The notes under the pieces were generated by a model that searched no databases, was not told where the DNA came from, and saw only the letters and a list, made by a program, of their open reading frames with translations. From contig NZ_HE578907.1 of the NCBI RefSeq assembly GCF_000321005.1, forward strand, positions 110,975 to 134,974: DNA of 24,000 nucleotides, written 5' to 3'. Every line of letters starts with the position of its first letter. Positions within the stretch are counted from its first letter, which is position 1. Of this stretch, positions 18,164 to 24,000 are shown one piece after another. Source of the DNA: Anaerococcus senegalensis JC48 (GTDB lineage Bacteria > Bacillota > Clostridia > Tissierellales > Peptoniphilaceae). A program made the position numbers and the translations under genes.

Positions 18164-19288
18164 ATGGAAAAAATTGGAATTTATATTCATATTCCTTTTT
18201 GTAAGAAAAAATGTTTTTATTGCGATTTTACTGCTTTTCCAAATTTAGAATCTAGGATTGATTCATATTTTGAAAATTTAAAAAAAGAAATAAAATTATA
18301 CCAAAAAAATATGGATGTAAAAGTCGATTCCATTTATATTGGAGGCGGTACTCCAACTTATGTTGATTATAAATATATAGGAGAAATTGTTGATTTACTT
18401 AAAAAATTTGATTTAAGTCAAGTAAAAGAATTTACAATTGAAGCAAATCCAAATTCCTTAACTTTAGAAAAATTAAAAGTCTATAAGAATTTTGGAATAA
18501 ATAGGATTTCACTAGGTGTTCAGTCTTTTGATGATGTGGTTTTAAAAAAAATTGGAAGAGACCATAACAAAGAAATTGTACTTAAAGATATAGAAAATAT
18601 CAGGAAAGCTGGATTTGATAATCTTTCATTAGATATGATTTTAAATCTCCCTGGTGGAAATTTTTCTTCTATAAAAAAAGATTTGGATTTAATTAAAAAA
18701 ATAAAACCAGAACATTTGTCTTATTATTCATTAATTCTTGAAAAAGGTTCATATTTTTATAATCTTTATAAAAAAGATAAACTAAAACTTATGGATGATG
18801 ACTTAGAAAGAGATATATTTTCCTATATTGAAGAATATTTAAAAATAATGGGACTAAATAGGTATGAAATTTCTAATTTTTCCAAAAAGGGCTTTGAATC
18901 TTACCACAACAAAAAATACTGGTCAGAAGGAGGATACCTTGCTTTTGGACTAGGAGCATCAGGATTTTTGTCTAATTTAAGATATAATAACGTAAAAAAT
19001 TTTGTAAAATATGAAAAATTAATTAATGAAGAGAAATATCCAATAGAAGAAAAAGAATTTATTTCAGAAGATGAAAGAGAAAAAGAATATATAATTTTTA
19101 AATTAAGAGAAACTGAAGGAATTAATTTGAAAGAATATAAAAAACTTTTTGGTAAGTCTATTTTAGAAAAATATAGTAAGATCATTGAAAAATACTATAA
19201 GCTCGGGTACTTTGATATAGGTGAAAATTTAAAGTTTACTCACAAAGGTTTTGATTTATCAAATGAATTTTATATTGAAATAATATAA
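18164..19288 (+). CDS. hemW: Radical-SAM heme chaperone HemW (HemN-like, formerly annotated as coproporphyrinogen III oxidase)
   Basis: CxxxCxxC radical-SAM motif in IHIPFCKKKCFYCDF, 374 aa, SD AAGGAG. Its position between lepA and hrcA is conserved. Confidence 0.88.
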   Translation: MEKIGIYIHIPFCKKKCFYCDFTAFPNLESRIDSYFENLKKEIKLYQKNMDVKVDSIYIGGGTPTYVDYKYIGEIVDLLKKFDLSQVKEFTIEANPNSLTLEKLKVYKNFGINRISLGVQSFDDVVLKKIGRDHNKEIVLKDIENIRKAGFDNLSLDMILNLPGGNFSSIKKDLDLIKKIKPEHLSYYSLILEKGSYFYNLYKKDKLKLMDDDLERDIFSYIEEYLKIMGLNRYEISNFSKKGFESYHNKKYWSEGGYLAFGLGASGFLSNLRYNNVKNFVKYEKLINEEKYPIEEKEFISEDEREKEYIIFKLRETEGINLKEYKKLFGKSILEKYSKIIEKYYKLGYFDIGENLKFTHKGFDLSNEFYIEII

Positions 19289-19289
19289 C

Positions 19290-19317
19290 TTGCAAAAAGA
19301 AATTTAGCTAGTATATT
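19290..19317 (+). promoter_or_regulatory. Sigma-A-type promoter of the hrcA operon
   Basis: TTGCAA (19290-19295), 16 nt spacer, TATATT (19312-19317). It lies immediately upstream of the CIRCE operator, as in other Firmicute hrcA operons. Confidence 0.55.
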
Positions 19318-19321
19318 ATAA

Positions 19322-19348
19322 TTAGCAGTCAGATAAATGGAGTGCTAA
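19322..19348 (+). promoter_or_regulatory. CIRCE operator (HrcA binding site)
   Basis: TTAGCAGTC-N9-GAGTGCTAA, against the consensus TTAGCACTC-N9-GAGTGCTAA. There is one mismatch in the left arm and exact 9-nt spacing. Confidence 0.92.
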
Positions 19349-19362
19349 ATGAGGTGAAAATA

Positions 19363-20361
19363 ATGAACGAGAGAAAAAAAATGATACTCTTTTCCATTAT
19401 AAACTCATACATTAATCTTGGAGAGCCTATTGGTTCTAAGTCATTACTTAATGAATATTCACTAGATATTTCGTCTGCAACAATTAGAAATGAGATGAGC
19501 ACTCTTGAAAAGATGGGACTTTTGGAAAAAGCCCACACATCTGGAGGAAGATTCCCATCAGATAAAGGTTACAGACTTTATGTTGATAATCTATTAGAAA
19601 ATTCATTAAATATTAAAGAAAATGAAGATTTGGAAAAAATTCTTGATAAAAGATATGGCAATGTGTCAAAGATTGTGGAGACTGCAACACTACTTCTTTC
19701 AAAGATGACAAAACTTACAGCTGTTTCTTACACTATTAGAAATAATATTACTAAGGTAATAAATTTAGAACTTTTAAAAATTGATTCTAACATGCTTTTG
19801 TTTATTGTTGTATATGATAATGGAAGTATTATAAGCGATAGAATTTATATGATTGATGAAATTAGTGATGATGAGTTGATAAAAATTTCTACTAGCTTAA
19901 AAGCAAGTATAGAAGGTGAAAGTTTAAAAGATATTTCTAATGTTTTTGATAGGTTAAAGAAAAATGGCTTTGAAAAATACGAGAATTTGTTAGATATTTT
20001 AGAGAAAAAGATAAATAATGATTCTTTAAGTGATTTGACAAAAGAAGTAATAATAAAAGGACTGGGTAATATTTTTAATTTCAAAGAATTTGAAGATCCA
20101 ATTAAGGCTAAAGAGTTTATTAAGATATTCGATAGTAAAGAAAGAATCTGGGAATTGATTGAAAATTCTGACAGTGATTTAAAAGTTACTATTGGTGATG
20201 AAAATGAGATAAATGAATTGAAAGATAATACAATCATAACTTCACATTTTAATTATGACAAAGACATTGTAGGCCAAATTGGAATTATAGGACTTACAAG
20301 AATTGATTATAAGGAAGTTATTTCTGACATCAAATTAATATCAGATTTACTTAGCAAATAA
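19363..20361 (+). CDS. hrcA: Heat-inducible transcription repressor HrcA
   Basis: N-terminal winged-helix ERKKMILFSIINSYINLGEPIGSKSL...ISSATIRNEMSTLEKMGLLEKAHTSGGRFPSDKGYRLYVD. I chose ATG 19363 because it follows SD GAGGTG. The track GTG 19342 lies inside CIRCE. Confidence 0.95.
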   Translation: MNERKKMILFSIINSYINLGEPIGSKSLLNEYSLDISSATIRNEMSTLEKMGLLEKAHTSGGRFPSDKGYRLYVDNLLENSLNIKENEDLEKILDKRYGNVSKIVETATLLLSKMTKLTAVSYTIRNNITKVINLELLKIDSNMLLFIVVYDNGSIISDRIYMIDEISDDELIKISTSLKASIEGESLKDISNVFDRLKKNGFEKYENLLDILEKKINNDSLSDLTKEVIIKGLGNIFNFKEFEDPIKAKEFIKIFDSKERIWELIENSDSDLKVTIGDENEINELKDNTIITSHFNYDKDIVGQIGIIGLTRIDYKEVISDIKLISDLLSK

Positions 20362-20369
20362 TAAGGTAG

Positions 20370-20915
20370 GTGTTTAAGGTGGACAATGAAAAAAAGCATG
20401 ATGAAAATGTTGAAAATACTGAAAATATAGATGAAGAATTAGAAGAAATTGATGCTGAAATAGTTGATGAAGATGGTAATGTAGAAGAAGATTTATCAAA
20501 TGATGATAATGAATATAAAGAAAAATACCAAAGACTTTTAGCAGATTTTACAAATTTCAAAAAAAGAGAAGAAAAAGCAAGGGCTGATTTTAAAAAGTTT
20601 GCTTCATCAAATTTAATCGAAGAACTTTTACCAGTTTTAGATAATTTTGATAGGGCACTTAAAGATAAAGACCAAGAAGATTCTTTTATTCAAGGAATAA
20701 TAATGACAAGAGATTCTTTATGGAAAGTTTTGGAAAAAGAAGGACTTGAAGAAATTGAATCTGATGGAGTAGAATTTGATCCAAATCTCCATCACGCTTT
20801 TCAAACTGAAGAAAACGAAGATTTTAAATCAAATTATATTATAGAAACCTATCAAAAAGGATACAAACTAAATGATAGAGTAATTAGACCAAGCATGGTT
20901 AAAGTTGCAAAATAG
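20370..20915 (+). CDS. grpE: Nucleotide exchange factor GrpE
   Basis: Acidic N-terminal region, then KYQRLLADFTNFKKREEK and a C-terminal beta domain ending ...GYKLNDRVIRPSMVKVAK. The start is uncertain: GTG 20370 or in-frame GTG 20379, which is better spaced from AAGGTAGGTG. Confidence 0.93.
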   Translation: MFKVDNEKKHDENVENTENIDEELEEIDAEIVDEDGNVEEDLSNDDNEYKEKYQRLLADFTNFKKREEKARADFKKFASSNLIEELLPVLDNFDRALKDKDQEDSFIQGIIMTRDSLWKVLEKEGLEEIESDGVEFDPNLHHAFQTEENEDFKSNYIIETYQKGYKLNDRVIRPSMVKVAK

Positions 20916-20927
20916 GAGGAAAATATT

Positions 20928-22748
20928 ATGGCAAAAATTATAGGAATTGACTTAGGAACAACAAACTCAGCAGTTGCCGTTATGGAAGGTGGGGATTCAA
21001 CTATTATCCCAAATACTGAAGGAAATAGAACAACACCATCAGTTGTAGCTTTTACAAAAGATGGAGAAAGACTTGTTGGAGAAACTGCAAAAAGACAAGC
21101 AATAACAAATCCTGATAGAACCATCTCATCAATAAAAAGAGAAATGGGAACAGATTATAAAACTAGTGAAATTGATGGGAATTCTTATACACCAGAAGAA
21201 GTATCTGCAATGATTTTACAAAAATTAAAATCAGATGCAGAAAGTTATTTAAATGATACAGTTACTGATGCTGTAATTACAGTTCCAGCTTATTTTACAG
21301 ATGCTCAAAGACAAGCTACAAAAGACGCTGGAAAAATTGCAGGCTTAAATGTAAAAAGAATTATAAACGAACCAACAGCAGCAGCTCTTGCATACGGAAT
21401 GGATAAAGAAACTGACCAATCAAAAATCATGGTTTATGACCTTGGTGGTGGTACATTTGATGTTTCAATTCTTGAAGTAGGAGATGGAGTATTTGAAGTA
21501 TTATCTACAAGAGGAAACAATAAACTAGGTGGAGACGACTTTGATAACAGATTAGTTGATTATTTAGCAGCAGAATTTAAAAAAGATACTGGTGTTGACT
21601 TGACAAAAGATCTTACTGCTATGCAAAGATTAAAAGATGCAGCAGAAAAAGCTAAAAAAGAATTATCATCTACAAAAACAACTAATGTAAATCTACCATT
21701 TATTACAGCTGTTGATGGACAACCAGTTCACTTAGACATTACAGTTACAAGAGCAAAATTTGATGAATTAACTCACGATCTTGTAGAAGCTACAAGAGGA
21801 CCAGTTGAAGATGCTCTTAAAGATGCTTCTTTATCATCAAGTGATATAGAAAAAGTATTGCTTGTTGGTGGATCATCAAGAATTCCAGCAGTTCAAGATT
21901 TAGTTAAAAATATAATTGGAAAAGAACCACAAAGAGATATAAACCCAGACGAATGTGTTGCACTTGGTGCTGCAATTCAAGGTGGAGTTTTAACAGGAGA
22001 AGTTAAAGACTTATTGCTTCTTGATGTTACACCACTTTCTCTAGGAATTGAAACTCTTGGTGGAGTTGCTACAAAATTAATTGAAAGAAACACAACAATC
22101 CCAACTAAAAAATCTCAAATCTTTACAACAGCTGCAGACGGACAAACAGATGTAGATATTCACGTTGTACAAGGTGAAAGAGAAATGGCAGCAGACAATA
22201 CTACACTTGGTAGATTCCAATTAACAGGAATTCCTGCAGCAAGACGTGGTGTTCCACAAATCGAAGTTACCTTTGATATAGATGCAAATGGTATTGTTAA
22301 TGTATCAGCAAAAGACCAAGGTAGTGGAAAAGAACAAAAAATTACAATTACTTCATCAACAAACTTAACTGAAGAAGAAATTGATAAAAAAGTAAAAGAA
22401 GCTGAAAAATTTGCTGATGATGATAAAAAGAAAAAAGAAGGTATTGAAGTTAAAAATAATGCAGAATCTTTAGTTTACCAAGCAAGGAAAACTTTAGAAG
22501 AAGCAAAAGTTGAAGGAAACGAAAAAGATAAGATTGAAGAAAAAATCAAAGATCTTGAAGCAAGCATTAAAGCTGACAATACTGAAGATATCAAAGCAAA
22601 AACAGAAGCTCTACAACAAGAAATTTATTCAATGAGTGAAGCAATGTATAAAAACGCCCAAGCAAATCAAGAAGGTCAAAATGCTGGAAAAGCAGATGAC
22701 GATGTAGTAGATGCTGATTATGAAGTAGTAGATGATGACGAAGAATAA
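20928..22748 (+). CDS. dnaK: Molecular chaperone DnaK (Hsp70)
   Basis: [26 protein letters not shown] and [14 protein letters not shown] motifs, 606 aa, acidic C-terminus. SD AGGAGGA. Confidence 0.98.
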   Translation: MAKIIGIDLGTTNSAVAVMEGGDSTIIPNTEGNRTTPSVVAFTKDGERLVGETAKRQAITNPDRTISSIKREMGTDYKTSEIDGNSYTPEEVSAMILQKLKSDAESYLNDTVTDAVITVPAYFTDAQRQATKDAGKIAGLNVKRIINEPTAAALAYGMDKETDQSKIMVYDLGGGTFDVSILEVGDGVFEVLSTRGNNKLGGDDFDNRLVDYLAAEFKKDTGVDLTKDLTAMQRLKDAAEKAKKELSSTKTTNVNLPFITAVDGQPVHLDITVTRAKFDELTHDLVEATRGPVEDALKDASLSSSDIEKVLLVGGSSRIPAVQDLVKNIIGKEPQRDINPDECVALGAAIQGGVLTGEVKDLLLLDVTPLSLGIETLGGVATKLIERNTTIPTKKSQIFTTAADGQTDVDIHVVQGEREMAADNTTLGRFQLTGIPAARRGVPQIEVTFDIDANGIVNVSAKDQGSGKEQKITITSSTNLTEEEIDKKVKEAEKFADDDKKKKEGIEVKNNAESLVYQARKTLEEAKVEGNEKDKIEEKIKDLEASIKADNTEDIKAKTEALQQEIYSMSEAMYKNAQANQEGQNAGKADDDVVDADYEVVDDDEE

Positions 22749-22763
22749 AAATAAATAAAATTT

Positions 22764-22805
22764 AAAGAATAGGAGGCTTTGCTTCTTATTCTTTATTTTT
22801 ATTTT
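22764..22805 (+). terminator. Intrinsic terminator after dnaK
   Basis: aaagaataggaggc (22764-22777) pairs with gcttcttattcttt (22781-22794) in about 14 bp, two of them G.U. It is followed by atttttatttt. Confidence 0.75.
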
Positions 22806-22840
22806 AAATTTTAAAATATAATTTAATTTTTTTATCAAAG

Positions 22841-22849
22841 TGGTATAAT
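22841..22849 (+). promoter_or_regulatory. Extended -10 promoter (TGgTATAAT) for dnaJ
   Basis: TGgTATAAT at 22841-22849, downstream of the dnaK terminator and ~90 nt upstream of the dnaJ ATG. The -35 region is weak (atttaa). Confidence 0.5.
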
Positions 22850-22938
22850 AGTTGAGCTTAGATAAAAAAATAAAATTATAAATTAAGATTAGGACAAATA
22901 AATTAGCAATAATTTATTTTTTTTATATTGGAGGATAA

Positions 22939-24000
22939 ATGAAAGACCCATATGAATTATTAGAAGTTGACAGGAACGTCAGCGATTCTGAATTGAAAAG
23001 AAAATATAGGAAACTTGCAAAAAAATATCATCCAGATTTAAATCCAGATGATGATAAGGCTCAAGAAAAATTCAAAGAAATTTCTGAAGCTTATGAAATT
23101 TTATCTGATCCACAAAAAAAACGTCAATATGACACTTATGGAGCTGCTGCCTTTGAAAATGGTGGAGGTGCTGGCGGATTTTCTGGTGGTTTTGGTGGAT
23201 TTGATGATATATTTGGTGATTTATTTGGAGATATATTTTCACAAGGAAAAAGCCAACAAAGAAAAAGAGCCAGAAAAGGATCAGATATTCAACAAGTTGT
23301 AAAATTGACTTTCAAAGAATCTGCTTTCGGAATTTCTAAAGAAATTCAAGTAAGAAGAGAAGTTGAATGTGAAACTTGTCATGGAAAAGGTGCAAAAGAT
23401 GAAAGTAAAATAAAAACTTGCCCTAAGTGTAATGGAACGGGCGTTATAAATAATGTAAGTCAAACTCCATTTGGGACAGTTTCTCGTCAAACAACTTGTG
23501 ATAATTGTCATGGTACTGGAGAAATAATTGAGGAAAAATGTCCAGATTGTAATGGCAGCGGTAGAAAAATTAAAAATGAAAAAATAAAAATTGATATACC
23601 AGCTGGAGTAGAAAATGATTCTGTAATGAGAGTTGTTGGAAAAGGAAATGCTGGTGAAAATGGTGGATCTTATGGAGATTTATATATAATCTTAAAAGTT
23701 GAAGAACACGAAATTTTCAAAAGAGATGGACTTGATATTTACTATGAAATGCCAATTTCATTTACAACTGCAGCTCTTGGTGGAAACATAGACATTCCAA
23801 CTTTAACTACTACCCAAGAATATCACATACCGGCAGGAACTCAAACTGGAAGTAAATTTAGGATAAAAAATGAGGGAATAAAATCAGATAGAACAAAAAG
23901 ACAAGGTGATCTTTATTTCTATGTAAAAGTTGTTACCCCAACAAAACTATCCAAGTCTCAAAAAGAAAAATTAAAAGAATTTTCAGAAATTTCTGGCGAT
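22939..24000 (+). CDS. dnaJ: Molecular chaperone DnaJ (type I Hsp40), 3' end outside the window
   Basis: Hand translation from ATG 22939 (SD GGAGGA at 22930-22935) gives 354 uninterrupted codons to the window edge. These include a J domain (MKDPYELLEV...KYHPDLNPDD...EAYEILSDPQKKRQYD) and a G/F region (GGGAGGFSGGFGGFDDIFG). There are four CxxCxGxG zinc-finger repeats (CETCHGKG, CPKCNGTG, CDNCHGTG, CPDCNGSG). The gene is absent from the ORF track because no stop codon falls within the window. Confidence 0.96.
   Translation, partial: MKDPYELLEVDRNVSDSELKRKYRKLAKKYHPDLNPDDDKAQEKFKEISEAYEILSDPQKKRQYDTYGAAAFENGGGAGGFSGGFGGFDDIFGDLFGDIFSQGKSQQRKRARKGSDIQQVVKLTFKESAFGISKEIQVRREVECETCHGKGAKDESKIKTCPKCNGTGVINNVSQTPFGTVSRQTTCDNCHGTGEIIEEKCPDCNGSGRKIKNEKIKIDIPAGVENDSVMRVVGKGNAGENGGSYGDLYIILKVEEHEIFKRDGLDIYYEMPISFTTAALGGNIDIPTLTTTQEYHIPAGTQTGSKFRIKNEGIKSDRTKRQGDLYFYVKVVTPTKLSKSQKEKLKEFSEISGD

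Noticed and set aside
19845-20237. 130-aa ORF antisense to hrcA; similar antisense ORFs at 20351-20560, 20852-21124, 19329-19538 and 18901-19185
   Set aside because: All are embedded antisense in well-supported genes (hrcA, grpE, dnaK, hemW). They are Ser/Ile/Phe/Leu-rich, as expected from the reverse complement of AT-rich Lys/Glu/Asn-rich coding sequence.
22917-22935. FourU-type RNA thermometer (U8 tract pairing with the dnaJ SD GGAGGA)
   Set aside because: The possible pairing is 6 bp, four of them G.U wobbles, with a 5-nt loop. That is too unstable to occlude the SD at any physiological temperature without further structure. I kept it only as a remark within the dnaJ leader finding.
22850-22938. 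Second CIRCE element in front of dnaJ (ttagcaata at 22903-22911)
   Set aside because: Only a TTAGCA half-site-like string is present. There is no GAGTGCTAA partner at 9-nt spacing, and the local symmetry is the unrelated AT-only hairpin.
23048-23511. Track ORFs 23048-23302 (+, 84 aa) and 23281-23511 (-, 76 aa)
   Set aside because: Both overlap the real dnaJ frame (frame 1 from 22939), which carries the J domain and zinc-finger motifs. They are alternative-frame artefacts.
1-24000. Search for CRISPR arrays, tandem repeats, transposase/integrase genes, tRNA/rRNA genes, toxin-antitoxin pairs or defence-island-like gene sets
   Set aside because: There are no spaced direct repeats, no tRNA-like cloverleaf candidates in the short spacers, and no unassigned multi-gene block. 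Every spacer over 50 nt is accounted for by terminators, promoters or operators. The window is ordinary core genome.

Overview
This is an AT-rich (roughly 30% GC by eye) chromosomal core region of a low-GC Gram-positive bacterium (Bacillota). My guess is a non-sporulating Clostridia/Tissierellia-type anaerobe, but the species cannot be determined from the sequence alone. I can support 21 protein-coding genes, all housekeeping, in four blocks. (1) A compact dcw cell-wall/division cluster: ftsL (5' end cut by the window), mraY, murD, murG, divIB/ftsQ and ftsZ, with nrdR tightly coupled behind it. (2) rarA-asnS-leuS, followed by a convergent 248-aa gene on the minus strand. (3) comEC-holA, convergent rpsT, then lepB-lepA-hemW. 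(4) The CIRCE-controlled heat-shock operon hrcA-grpE-dnaK, plus dnaJ. dnaJ runs off the 3' window edge, so it is missing from the supplied ORF track. Blocks 3-4 are syntenic with the Bacillus subtilis comE...dnaJ region, except that the sporulation genes are absent. I also mapped intrinsic terminators, sigma-A-like promoters and one CIRCE operator. I found no rRNA, tRNA, CRISPR, transposase, integrase, phage or defence genes, and I do not see a convincing novel multi-gene system here. The items most worth a second look are: a degenerate AlaX/tRNA-SAD-like protein that has lost most catalytic Zn ligands (11294-12040, minus strand); a ~127-nt imperfect palindrome in the nrdR-rarA spacer; and an A8-tract frame break that cuts the N-terminal tail and part of the membrane anchor off DivIB. 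All function calls come from motif recognition by eye, and no database search was run.
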